NCBI GenBank assembly: GCA_964620855.1
Contig: CAZUKJ010000001.1
Span: forward strand, 1-26,791
DNA: 26,791 bases
Origin: an uncultured Oscillospiraceae bacterium
Lineage (GTDB): Bacteria > Bacillota > Clostridia > Oscillospirales > Oscillospiraceae
Reading direction: 5' to 3'
Shown: positions 1-8,281 of the stretch, piece by piece
Numbering within the stretch: position 1 is the stretch's first letter
Layout: each line of letters begins with the position of its first letter
Notes under the pieces: generated by a model
What the model was told of the DNA's origin: nothing
What the model saw: the letters and a program-made list of their open reading frames with translations, nothing else
The model's database searches: none
Position numbers and translations under genes: made by a program

Positions 1-466
1 GGCCGGGCGTCTCGTAGGCCAGCTCGGTCAGCGCGCCGGAGGCGGTCGCATCGGCCGGGACGAGCACGCGCATATTCGGCAGCGCTCGCATGGTGGCGAT
101 GTCCTCGAGCGCATGGTGGCTGGCGCCGTCGAAGGCATCCGACAGGCCGCAGTACGCGCCGCCAATCTTGACATTCAGATTGGCGTAGCACGCCAGACCG
201 CGCGTGGCGATCAATCCAAGCGTGGTGAGGAACACCGCGAAGGTGTTGACGAACGGGACAAATCCCTGCTGGGCCAGACCAGCCGCCGTCGAAACCATGT
301 TCGACTCGGCAATGCCCATGTTAAAGAAACGATCGGGATGCGCCTGTGCGAAGAATTTTGTCTGGGTCGAGGACGAAACGTCGGCGTCGAGCACGACCAC
401 ATTGTCATGCGAATTGCCCATCTCGGCGAGCTTCTCGCCGTAGACCACACGAATTGCCTTTGCCAT
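1..466 (-). CDS. Transketolase C-terminal (pyrimidine-binding) subunit, 3' end truncated by window edge
   Basis: Not in the ORF track; hand translation from ATG at 466: MAKAIRVVYGEKLAEMG..VVVLDADVSSST..RFFNMGIAESNM..DGASHHALEDIATMRALPNM. Start overlaps the stop of the N-terminal subunit (TAATG). Confidence 0.93.
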   Translation of the reverse strand, partial: MAKAIRVVYGEKLAEMGNSHDNVVVLDADVSSSTQTKFFAQAHPDRFFNMGIAESNMVSTAAGLAQQGFVPFVNTFAVFLTTLGLIATRGLACYANLNVKIGGAYCGLSDAFDGASHHALEDIATMRALPNMRVLVPADATASGALTELAYETPG

Positions 467-1290
467 TAGTTCGCACCTCCCAGTTCCGCCAGCGCGTTGG
501 CGAGATCTTCATCCGAGATCGCCTTGCCATGCCAGGTATTTTTGCCTTCCATGAAGGAGACACCCTTGCCCTTGATCGTGTCGGCAATGATCACGCTCGG
601 GCGGGTGCGTTCGGTCTTGGCCAGTTCGATCGCGGCGCTCAGCGCTGCGACATTGTGGCCATCGCACTCGATGACATTCCAGCCAAACGCCTTCCACTTC
701 TCAGCCAGCGGACCGGTCGGCATAATCTCATCGGTCGTACCGTCGAGCTGAACATGGTTCCAGTCGACGATGGCGATCAGATTGTTGAGCTTGAATTTTA
801 CGGCGCTCATCGCAGTTTCCCAGACGGCACCTTCGTTGAGCTCACCGTCACCGAGGACGGCGTAGGTATAGTTGTTCAGGCCCTTGAGCTTCATGCCCAT
901 CGCCATGCCCTGCGCGGCGCCGAGGCCGATACCGAGCGGGCCGGACGGCATATCGATGCCGGGAGTATGGGTCGACGGATGGCCCTGCAGCAGCGAGTCG
1001 ATGCGGCGCAGCGAGCCCATTTCCTCCACCGGGAAGTAGCCTTTTTCCGCGAGGATGCGGTAGAGCATCGGGGCTGCATGGCCCTTGGTCAGCACCAGGC
1101 GGTCCTGATCGGCGCGGGACGGGTCGTCGGGATAGACGGTCATCTGGTCAAAGTAGAGAACCGTCAGGATCTCACAGACGGACAGCGAACCGCCCGGATG
1201 GCCGGACTGGATGGCGTGAATTGCTTCGAGCACCTCCTTGCGGAAGGTGTTGCACAGGGCGTTGAGCTCCTGTATGCAGGCTTCTCTCAT
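466..1290 (-). CDS. Transketolase N-terminal (TPP-binding) subunit, 274 aa
   Basis: SGHPGGSLS, DRLVLTKGHAAP, LQGHP, GDGELNEG..WE..N TPP motif, KGKGVSFME..WHG; SD AAGGAG upstream of ATG 1290 (track start 1488 is an over-extension). Confidence 0.95.
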   Translation of the reverse strand: MREACIQELNALCNTFRKEVLEAIHAIQSGHPGGSLSVCEILTVLYFDQMTVYPDDPSRADQDRLVLTKGHAAPMLYRILAEKGYFPVEEMGSLRRIDSLLQGHPSTHTPGIDMPSGPLGIGLGAAQGMAMGMKLKGLNNYTYAVLGDGELNEGAVWETAMSAVKFKLNNLIAIVDWNHVQLDGTTDEIMPTGPLAEKWKAFGWNVIECDGHNVAALSAAIELAKTERTRPSVIIADTIKGKGVSFMEGKNTWHGKAISDEDLANALAELGGAN

Positions 1291-1324
1291 GCGGGGATCT
1301 CCTTCTTTCTTCTTTCGATTTTTA

Positions 1325-2287
1325 TCAATTGACGACGTTGACGGTACGGCCGTCAACGAAAGTCCTGAGGTTGTCGGCTGCCGTGTCGAGCAGCCGCTGA
1401 CGAGCCTGCTTCGGTGCCCATGCAATATGCGGCGTGAGCAGGATGTTTTTTCGTCCGAGCAGCGGGTTGTCCGCGCGAATGGGTTCAATGCTCACCACGT
1501 CAGCGCAGTATGCCGCGATCCGTCCGGATTCGACGGCGTCGGCAACATCCTGCTCGACCACCAGCGGCCCGCGGGCGGTGTTGATGAGGATCACACCGTC
1601 TTTCATCGCGGCAATGGCGTCCCGGTCGATCATACCCTCCGTCTCGGACGAGAGCGGGCAGTGCAGACTGATAACATCGGCACACGCAAAGATCTCCTCG
1701 CGGCTCCTGTAATGAATATACTCGTTTTCTTCCGCCGGGTCAACCTGTCTGGCGCAAACAACCACATTCATTCCGAACGCTGCTGCAATTTTTGCCACGG
1801 CTTTCCCGATCGCGCCGTAGCCGATCACGCCAAGCGTCTTGCCTGCCAGTTCGGTCAGCGGCTCATTCCAGTAGCAGAAATCCTCGCTGGCAGCCCACTG
1901 GCCGGCGTGGACGCTCTCCGAGTGCGCGCCGACATGGCTGACAGCCTCGAGCAGCAGCGCAAAGGTGTGCTGCGCGACCGACTGCGTGCTGTAGCCCGGG
2001 ACGTTGCAGACCGGGATGCCGCGCGCGGCCGCCGCATCCAGATCGACCACATTGTAGCCCGTGGCAAGCACACCGATGAATTTCAGCTGTTTCGCCGCGG
2101 CGATGACCTCTGCCGACAGCGGCGTCTTGTTTGTAAAGACGGCATCCGCGTCCGCGATGCGCGACAATATCTCGTCGTCGGTGTGCTGTGTGCGGTCGTA
2201 GACCGTCAGCGCTCCAAGCGCCTCGAAGCGCTCCCAGCTCAGATCGCCCGGGTTGGCGGTATAACCATCAAGAATTACGATCTTCAT
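1325..2287 (-). CDS. D-2-hydroxyacid dehydrogenase (glycerate dehydrogenase/hydroxypyruvate reductase-like)
   Basis: MKIVILDGYTANPGDLSW, LATGYNVVD, GYGAIG Rossmann motif, SLHCPL, INTARG, TPHIAW. Alternative start at 2296. Confidence 0.9.
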   Translation of the reverse strand: MKIVILDGYTANPGDLSWERFEALGALTVYDRTQHTDDEILSRIADADAVFTNKTPLSAEVIAAAKQLKFIGVLATGYNVVDLDAAAARGIPVCNVPGYSTQSVAQHTFALLLEAVSHVGAHSESVHAGQWAASEDFCYWNEPLTELAGKTLGVIGYGAIGKAVAKIAAAFGMNVVVCARQVDPAEENEYIHYRSREEIFACADVISLHCPLSSETEGMIDRDAIAAMKDGVILINTARGPLVVEQDVADAVESGRIAAYCADVVSIEPIRADNPLLGRKNILLTPHIAWAPKQARQRLLDTAADNLRTFVDGRTVNVVN

Positions 2288-2288
2288 C

Positions 2289-2660
2289 TCACTCATTCGT
2301 CTCCATCGGCTGCACCTTGAAAATGACTGGCCGCAGGCCGTCGGTGCAGCAGGTAAACTGCGGGTCGAGCTTCGACTTTTCGCCATCGGGCGTGACGCCG
2401 GCCTTGCTGGCCATCATGAGGATGTCCTTCCAGATGTCTGCCCATGCCCAGTCGCAGAAGCCCGCCGGCTTGCAGTCGTCGCTGCCGCCGGTTTCTACAA
2501 TGAACTCCTGTCCCTCTTCAAAAAACGGGCAGTCGGGAATAAAGTCCTCCGATGCCGCGCCGGGACGGATCTGTCCGTACTCGCGCGCAACATCGTCGAG
2601 CTTCAGCTTCCGTACCACGGTGATCTTCGTTTTCTGCCCGAGAAAGCTGCCGTTTGCCAT
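2289..2660 (-). CDS. TIGR04076-family protein (Cys-containing, function unknown)
   Basis: KITV..CPFFEEGQEF..KPAGFCDWAWADI..CCTDGLRPVIFK pattern recalled for this family; SD AGGAGG upstream. Confidence 0.8.
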   Translation of the reverse strand: MANGSFLGQKTKITVVRKLKLDDVAREYGQIRPGAASEDFIPDCPFFEEGQEFIVETGGSDDCKPAGFCDWAWADIWKDILMMASKAGVTPDGEKSKLDPQFTCCTDGLRPVIFKVQPMETNE

Positions 2661-2709
2661 AGAAAATACCTCCTGCCGCCGCTGTGCGCGGCGCGTTTTA
2701 TCTCAATTT

Positions 2710-2738
2710 ATTACAATACAGATTTTTCGGTTTGTCAA
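2710..2738 (-). promoter_or_regulatory. sigmaA-type promoter of the leftward operon
   Basis: TTGACA (2738-2733), 17 nt, TGTAAT (2715-2710). Confidence 0.7.
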
Positions 2739-2771
2739 GCGCCCTAATTTTTTGTTTTTTCGGGAAAACGC

Positions 2772-2800
2772 TTGACAGTCCAAAATAATCGTTCTACAAT
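2772..2800 (+). promoter_or_regulatory. sigmaA-type promoter of leader + aro operon
   Basis: TTGACA (2772-2777), 17 nt, TACAAT (2795-2800). Confidence 0.85.
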
Positions 2801-2832
2801 GACTCCAAACCTTATTTATTAAGGAGTCGTCC

Positions 2833-2898
2833 ATGATGAAGCGCACTCGTTTTGCTGCTGAATATTACTTTTACTTTTACTTTACTGACAAAAAGTAA
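2833..2898 (+). CDS. Tyr/Phe-rich attenuator leader peptide MMKRTRFAAEYYFYFYFTDKK (21 aa)
   Basis: SD AAGGAG 2821-2826, ATG 2833, run TAT TAC TTT TAC TTT TAC TTT (2863-2883), TAA 2896-2898; lies between the promoter and a terminator upstream of the Phe/Tyr biosynthesis operon. Confidence 0.88.
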   Translation: MMKRTRFAAEYYFYFYFTDKK

Positions 2899-2966
2899 AA
2901 GTGATTTTTGCTGCACAAAACCGGCTGGCGCTCCAAACGTACTTTCAGGCCTCGCAGTGAAATCGC
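2864..2966 (+). promoter_or_regulatory. Attenuator alternative helices (protector and antiterminator)
   Basis: 2864-2878 pairs with 2891-2905 (15 bp, one G-U); alternatively 2901-2914 pairs with 2954-2966 (13 bp, three G-U, one bulge), invading the terminator. Confidence 0.72.
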
Positions 2967-2985
2967 TGCGAGGCGTTTCTTTTTT
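2949..2985 (+). terminator. Intrinsic attenuator terminator before aroF
   Basis: GCCTCGCAGTG-AAAT-CGCTGCGAGGC followed by GTTTCTTTTTT, ending just before the aroF SD AGGAGG (2988-2993). Confidence 0.88.
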
Positions 2986-3002
2986 ACAGGAGGGGTTTAA
3001 TC

Positions 3003-4007
3003 ATGATTGCAATTCTCAAGCAGGGCGTTTCTGCCAAACAGATCGACAACCTCAAAAGCTGGCTGCTCAGCCGCGGTGTCGATGTCCACATTTCCGAGGG
3101 CAGATATCAGACCATCATCGGTCTGGTCGGCGACGTCAGCCGCATTGACCCGGATCTGCTCGAAGGGCTCGATATCATCGAGCGCGTCACCCGCATCTCC
3201 GAGCCGTTCAAGTCTGCCAACCGCAAGTTCCACCCCGACGACACGGTCGTCAACGTCGGCGGCTACGCGATCGGTGGTGGGAACTTCCAGCTGATTGCCG
3301 GTCCATGCTCGGTCGAATCCGAAGCGCAGATCCTCGAGGTGGCAACGGCTGTCAAGGCCTCTGGCGCGAATCTGCTGCGCGGCGGCGCGTTCAAGCCGCG
3401 CACCTCACCGTATGATTTTCAGGGCCTGCAGGCGGAAGGCCTGGATCTTCTCGTCGAAGCCCGCCGCGCGACAGGCATGCCCATTGTCACAGAGCTGATG
3501 AGCATCGATCAGATCGACCTGTTTCTGGAAAAAGATGTCGATGTCATTCAGATTGGTGCGCGCAATATGCAGAACTTTAATCTGCTCAAAGCCGTTGGCA
3601 AGCTCAGAAAGCCGATCCTGCTCAAGCGTGGTCTGGCCAACACCATCAAGGAGTTCCTGATGAGTGCGGAATATATCATGTCTGAGGGCAACGAGCAGGT
3701 CATCCTCTGTGAGCGCGGTGTGCGCACCTTTGAGACCTACACTCGCAACACGCTCGACCTGTCCGCCGTTCCGGTGCTGCATGAGCTGACGCACCTGCCG
3801 GTTGTCGTCGACCCGAGCCACGCCACGGGCCATTCCCGTCTTGTTCTGCCGATGGCGATGGCGGCCGCTGCCGCCGGTGCCGACGGTCTGATGATTGAAG
3901 TCCATAACAACCCGCAGAAGGCGCTGTGTGACGGCGCACAGTCGCTCACACCCGCGCAGTTTGACGACGTCGCCCGCCGTGTCGCGGCGATCCGTTCTGT
4001 CCTGTAA
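3003..4007 (+). CDS. aroF: DAHP synthase, type I-beta with N-terminal ACT-like regulatory domain
   Basis: [44 protein letters not shown]-terminal VHISEG..IIGLVGD resembles the Thermotoga-type regulatory domain. Confidence 0.96.
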   Translation: MIAILKQGVSAKQIDNLKSWLLSRGVDVHISEGRYQTIIGLVGDVSRIDPDLLEGLDIIERVTRISEPFKSANRKFHPDDTVVNVGGYAIGGGNFQLIAGPCSVESEAQILEVATAVKASGANLLRGGAFKPRTSPYDFQGLQAEGLDLLVEARRATGMPIVTELMSIDQIDLFLEKDVDVIQIGARNMQNFNLLKAVGKLRKPILLKRGLANTIKEFLMSAEYIMSEGNEQVILCERGVRTFETYTRNTLDLSAVPVLHELTHLPVVVDPSHATGHSRLVLPMAMAAAAAGADGLMIEVHNNPQKALCDGAQSLTPAQFDDVARRVAAIRSVL

Positions 4008-4024
4008 CAGCTGGAGGTGATAGT

Positions 4025-4858
4025 ATGAATGTCGGTATTGCCGGTCTTGGCCTGATCGGCGGCTCTATGGCACGCGCCTACAAAGCCCGCGGCCATTCCA
4101 TCTATCTGCACGATATTGACGAAGGCATCGTCACCTACGCCGAGCTGGCCGGCGTCTCCGACGGCGTGCTCGACGAAGCCGTGCTTTCGCGCTGCGACCT
4201 GATCCTGATTGCGCTCTATCCGTCCGATACGATCCGCTACATGGAGCAGATCGCGCCGCACCTGTCAAAAGACGCGCTCGTTATCGACTGCTGCGGCACA
4301 AAGCGCCTCGTCTGCGAAGCCGGTTTCCGTCTGGCCGAGCAGTACGGCTACACCTTCGTCGGCGGCCACCCGATGGCCGGCACACAGTACTCCGGCTTTA
4401 AATACAGCAAGACCACTATGTTCAAGGGTGCGCCAATGGTGATCGTACCGCCCGCCGGCGCAGATGCCGAGCTGCTGCAGCGCGTCAAAGATGCGCTTGC
4501 CCCGGCCGAGTTCGGCCGGATCACTGTTTCGTCGAGCGAACAGCACGACGAGATGATCGCCTTTACCTCGCAGCTGGCACACGTCGTCTCCAACGCCTAC
4601 ATTAAGAGTCCGACGGCCCGCGCCCACAAGGGCTTCTCCGCCGGAAGCTACAAGGACCTGACCCGCGTCGCATGGCTCAACGAGACGATGTGGACCGATC
4701 TGTTCCTGGAGAATGCAGACTGCTTAAACCGTGAGCTCGATTTTCTGATTGCATCGCTGACACAGTACCGTGACGCCATTGCCGACGGCGACGCCGTCCG
4801 GCTGAAGAAACTGCTGGCCGAAGGCCGAATGCTCAAAGAGGAGGTTGACGGCCGATGA
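4025..4858 (+). CDS. tyrA: Prephenate/arogenate dehydrogenase (no C-terminal ACT domain)
   Basis: [35 protein letters not shown]. Confidence 0.93.
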   Translation: MNVGIAGLGLIGGSMARAYKARGHSIYLHDIDEGIVTYAELAGVSDGVLDEAVLSRCDLILIALYPSDTIRYMEQIAPHLSKDALVIDCCGTKRLVCEAGFRLAEQYGYTFVGGHPMAGTQYSGFKYSKTTMFKGAPMVIVPPAGADAELLQRVKDALAPAEFGRITVSSSEQHDEMIAFTSQLAHVVSNAYIKSPTARAHKGFSAGSYKDLTRVAWLNETMWTDLFLENADCLNRELDFLIASLTQYRDAIADGDAVRLKKLLAEGRMLKEEVDGR

Positions 4859-5901
4859 GCACCGTTACCGTTACCGCATCCAAAACCTATGATATTCTGA
4901 TCGAATCCGGGCTGCTCTCCCGCTGCGGCACGCTTGTGCGCGAGGCGACCGGCTCAGGTATCTGCGCGCTCGTTACCGACAACACCGTCGACGGTCTGTA
5001 CGCCACTGCCGTCACCGACAGTCTGGAGCAGGCCGGTCTGACCGTCTGCAAATTCGTCTTCCCGCATGGCGAACCCTCCAAGAACGCCGCAACCTATGTG
5101 CAGCTTCTCGAGTTCCTCGCTGAAAAGCACCTGACCCGTGCAGACTGCATCGTCGCACTCGGCGGCGGTGTGGTCGGTGATCTGGCAGGATTTGCCGCAG
5201 CCACCTATCTGCGCGGTGTAAAGCTTGTCCAAATCCCGACAACGCTTCTGGCCATGGTCGACTCGTCCGTCGGCGGCAAGACCGCCATTGACCTCGGCGC
5301 AGGCAAAAACCTCGCCGGTGCGTTCTTCCAGCCCGACCTCGTTCTCTGCGATCCGGATACACTCTCGTCGCTCCCTGCCGATATCTTTGCCGACGGCTGT
5401 GCAGAGGTTATCAAATACGCCGTGCTGCGCGACCCGAAGCTGCTCGAACTGCTCGTCCGCCCGAAGAACAACCTCGCTGAGATCATCGAGCGCTGTGTCA
5501 CGATCAAGCGCGATGTCGTCGAAGCCGATGAGCATGACACCGGTGAGCGCCAGTGCCTGAACCTCGGTCACACCGTCGGCCACGCGATTGAGAAGCTGAC
5601 CAACTATGAGACCTCCCACGGCCAGGCCGTCGCCATCGGTCTTTCCGTGATCTGCGCCGCCGCCGAGCGCGCCGGCGACTGCCGTCCCGGCACATTTCTG
5701 ACCGTCATGTCCGCACTGCTGCGCGCCGATCTGCCTGTCGAGACCGACTTTACTGCCGAGCAGCTCGAAGCAGTCATGCTCTCGGACAAAAAACGCGCCG
5801 GCGACACTATCACCCTCGTCATTCCCAAGACGATCGGCAAGTGCGAACTTCGCAAGCTCCCGATCGATGAACTCAAAGCCTACATTGCGCTGGGCCTTTA
5901 A
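4855..5901 (+). CDS. aroB: 3-dehydroquinate synthase
   Basis: GGGVVGDLAGF, PTTLLAMVDSSVGGKT, KNLAG, LNLGHTVGHAIE, HGQAV, DKK; ATGA overlap with tyrA. Confidence 0.96.
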   Translation: MSTVTVTASKTYDILIESGLLSRCGTLVREATGSGICALVTDNTVDGLYATAVTDSLEQAGLTVCKFVFPHGEPSKNAATYVQLLEFLAEKHLTRADCIVALGGGVVGDLAGFAAATYLRGVKLVQIPTTLLAMVDSSVGGKTAIDLGAGKNLAGAFFQPDLVLCDPDTLSSLPADIFADGCAEVIKYAVLRDPKLLELLVRPKNNLAEIIERCVTIKRDVVEADEHDTGERQCLNLGHTVGHAIEKLTNYETSHGQAVAIGLSVICAAAERAGDCRPGTFLTVMSALLRADLPVETDFTAEQLEAVMLSDKKRAGDTITLVIPKTIGKCELRKLPIDELKAYIALGL

Positions 5902-5913
5902 GGATGTGATCGC

Positions 5914-7176
5914 ATGAACCAGACCGTCCGCGCAGGCCGCTTCGGCGGCGAGCTGTCCGCCATCGCCTCAAAATCCTGCGCCCACCGGCTGCTGATCTGC
6001 GCAGCGCTGGCCGACACGCCGTCGGAAGTGCGCTGCGCCACGATCTCGGACGATATTCTTGCCACCGCACAGTGTTTGTGTGCGCTGGGCGCGCAGATCG
6101 AGCATACACCGACCGGCTTTTTTGTCACGCCGATCGACCGCACGAACCTCCCGGCGCATCCGGTGCTCGACGCCGGAGAATCCGGCTCGACGCTGCGCTT
6201 TCTCGTTCCGGTCGCAGCCGCGCTCGGCGCCGACTGCCGGATCATCATGCATGGCAGATTGCCCGAACGGCCGCTCTCGCCGCTTTATGAGGAGCTGACC
6301 GCCCACGGCGTGACACTCAGCGCCCCTGGCTCAAACCCGCTTTGCATCAGCGGTCACCTCACCGGGAACCACTTCACACTGCCCGCAAATGTCTCATCGC
6401 AGTTTTTGAGCGGCCTGCTCTTTGCCCTTCCACTGCTCGGCGGCGGCACGCTCACCATGACCGAGCACATTGAGTCCGGCGCTTACCTCGACCTGACCGT
6501 TGACGCCCTGCGTGCAAGCGGCGTGCAGGTAGAGCGCACCGGCATGGTCTTTACCGTCTCTGGCAGCTACCACGCGCCCACTGTGCAGATCGTTGAGGGC
6601 GACTGGTCGAACGCCGCCTTCTGGCTGTGCGCCGGTGCAATCGGCGCGAATCCCGTCACCGTGACGAATCTGCGCGCCGACTCCGCGCAGGGTGACCGCG
6701 GCGTGCTCGAAATCCTGCGCCGCTTTGGTGCGGAGGTCACCGTCTCTGGCGACCGCATCACCGTCTCCCCTGCCCGATTGTACGGCTGCACGATCGATGC
6801 CTCCGATATTCCGGACCTCGTGCCGATCCTCTCATGCGTTGCGTGCGCCGCAGAGGGGACAACCCACATTCACGGCGCCGCGCGCCTGCGGATCAAAGAG
6901 AGCGACCGCCTGGCCGCCGCAGCCGATGTGCTCGGCACGCTCGGCGCACAGATCACCGAAACGGACGACGGTCTGATCATCTCCGGCTCAGCGCCGCTGC
7001 GTCCCGGTACGGTCGACTCCTGGAACGACCACCGCATCGCCATGACCGCCGCCATCGCCTCGCTGCTGTGTCCCGGCAGCGTCACGATCACCAACGCGCA
7101 GGCTGTCCGCAAATCCTACCCGGCCTTCTTCCTCGATTTTGCCGCACTCGGCGGAGAAACGGAGCAAGCACCATGA
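5914..7176 (+). CDS. aroA: EPSP synthase (3-phosphoshikimate 1-carboxyvinyltransferase)
   Basis: SKS..HR, GESGSTLRF, SSQFLSGLL, EGDWS, PDLVP, LRIKESDR, DHRIAM, KSYP. Confidence 0.96.
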   Translation: MNQTVRAGRFGGELSAIASKSCAHRLLICAALADTPSEVRCATISDDILATAQCLCALGAQIEHTPTGFFVTPIDRTNLPAHPVLDAGESGSTLRFLVPVAAALGADCRIIMHGRLPERPLSPLYEELTAHGVTLSAPGSNPLCISGHLTGNHFTLPANVSSQFLSGLLFALPLLGGGTLTMTEHIESGAYLDLTVDALRASGVQVERTGMVFTVSGSYHAPTVQIVEGDWSNAAFWLCAGAIGANPVTVTNLRADSAQGDRGVLEILRRFGAEVTVSGDRITVSPARLYGCTIDASDIPDLVPILSCVACAAEGTTHIHGAARLRIKESDRLAAAADVLGTLGAQITETDDGLIISGSAPLRPGTVDSWNDHRIAMTAAIASLLCPGSVTITNAQAVRKSYPAFFLDFAALGGETEQAP

Positions 7177-8261
7177 TGACCTTTTCCGGCGCCAAAGTGC
7201 GCTATACCATTTTCGGCGGCTCTCACGAGAGCGCCATCGGCGTGACGGCCGACGGTCTTCCGGCTGGCGAGCCGGTCGACCTCGACGCGCTGCAGGCGTT
7301 TCTGCAGCGCCGCGCCCCCGGCCGTAATGCATGGTCGACACCACGCAAGGAGGCCGACGCGCCGGAGTTCTCCTCCGGCATCACCGACGGCATGCTCGAC
7401 GGCAGCACACTGCACGCGCTCATCCGCAACACCAACACGCGCTCACAGGACTACCGCAGCACCATCGATGTCCCCCGCCCGTCACACGCGGACTTCACCG
7501 CGCAGATGAAATTCCACGGCACGGTGAATATGGCCGGCGGCGGCCCGTTCTCCGGCCGCATGACCGCACCGCTGTGCATCCTCGGCGGCATCTGCCTGCA
7601 GATCCTCGCCCGCCGCGGTATCACCGTCGGCGCGCACATCGTGCAGATCGGCAGCATCACCGCACCGGGCTTTGACCCGGTAGGCGTCACCGCCGCGCAG
7701 GCCACTGCCGCGCAGACGCGCGACTTCCCGGTGACCGATGACGCCGCAGCCGATGCCATGTGCGCCGAGATCGAATCGGCGCGTCAGGCAAACGACTCTG
7801 TCGGCGGCGTCGTGGAATGTGCCGTTGTCGGCCTGCCCGCCGGTCTCGGCGGCCCGATGACCGACGGTCTCGAGAGCCGCATCAGCGCCATCGTCTTCGG
7901 TGTGCCTGCCGTGCGCGGGATTGAGTTCGGCGCAGGCTTTTCCGCCGCGGCCATGCGCGGCAGTGCACACAATGATGCGTTCTGCGTCAAAGACGGGCTC
8001 GTCCGCACCGTGACCAATCGTCACAGCGGTATCCTCGGCGGCATCTCCTCCGGCATGCCGGTCGTCTTCCGCACCGCCTTCAAGCCTACGCCGTCGATCG
8101 GCATCGAGCAGCAGAGCGTCTCGCTGAGCGCCATGACGCCCGCACCGCTGACCATTGTGGGCCGCCATGACCCGTGCATCGTCCCGCGCGCCGTCCCGGT
8201 CATCGAAGCGGCCGCCGCCATCGCCATCGTCGACGCCATGGCCGAATCCGGCATGATCTGA
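7173..8261 (+). CDS. aroC: Chorismate synthase
   Basis: FGGSHE (GESHG-like), RPSHAD, GGGPFSGRMT, DSVGG, GILGGIS, KPTPSI, GRHDPCI; ATGA overlap with aroA (track start 6834 is an over-extension). Confidence 0.95.
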   Translation: MMTFSGAKVRYTIFGGSHESAIGVTADGLPAGEPVDLDALQAFLQRRAPGRNAWSTPRKEADAPEFSSGITDGMLDGSTLHALIRNTNTRSQDYRSTIDVPRPSHADFTAQMKFHGTVNMAGGGPFSGRMTAPLCILGGICLQILARRGITVGAHIVQIGSITAPGFDPVGVTAAQATAAQTRDFPVTDDAAADAMCAEIESARQANDSVGGVVECAVVGLPAGLGGPMTDGLESRISAIVFGVPAVRGIEFGAGFSAAAMRGSAHNDAFCVKDGLVRTVTNRHSGILGGISSGMPVVFRTAFKPTPSIGIEQQSVSLSAMTPAPLTIVGRHDPCIVPRAVPVIEAAAAIAIVDAMAESGMI

Positions 8262-8281
8262 TAAAGTAAGGAGCAACCGAT

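Noticed and set aside
2866..2883. (TACTTT)3 microsatellite as a phase-variation tract
   Set aside because: It is the in-frame Tyr-Phe codon run and pairs with 2891-2905, so it is better explained as attenuator sequence.
2806..2990. T-box riboswitch upstream of aroF
   Set aside because: No AATTxGGGTGGxACC-type T-box sequence before the terminator and no recognisable stem I; the leader-peptide model explains the region.
2852..3148. 98-aa ORF from the track (MLLNITFTFT...)
   Set aside because: TTG start without SD, crosses a terminator and overlaps aroF out of frame.
7173..7232. AroC GGSHE instead of GESHG as a sign of inactivation
   Set aside because: Ser-His is retained and all other chorismate synthase motifs are intact.
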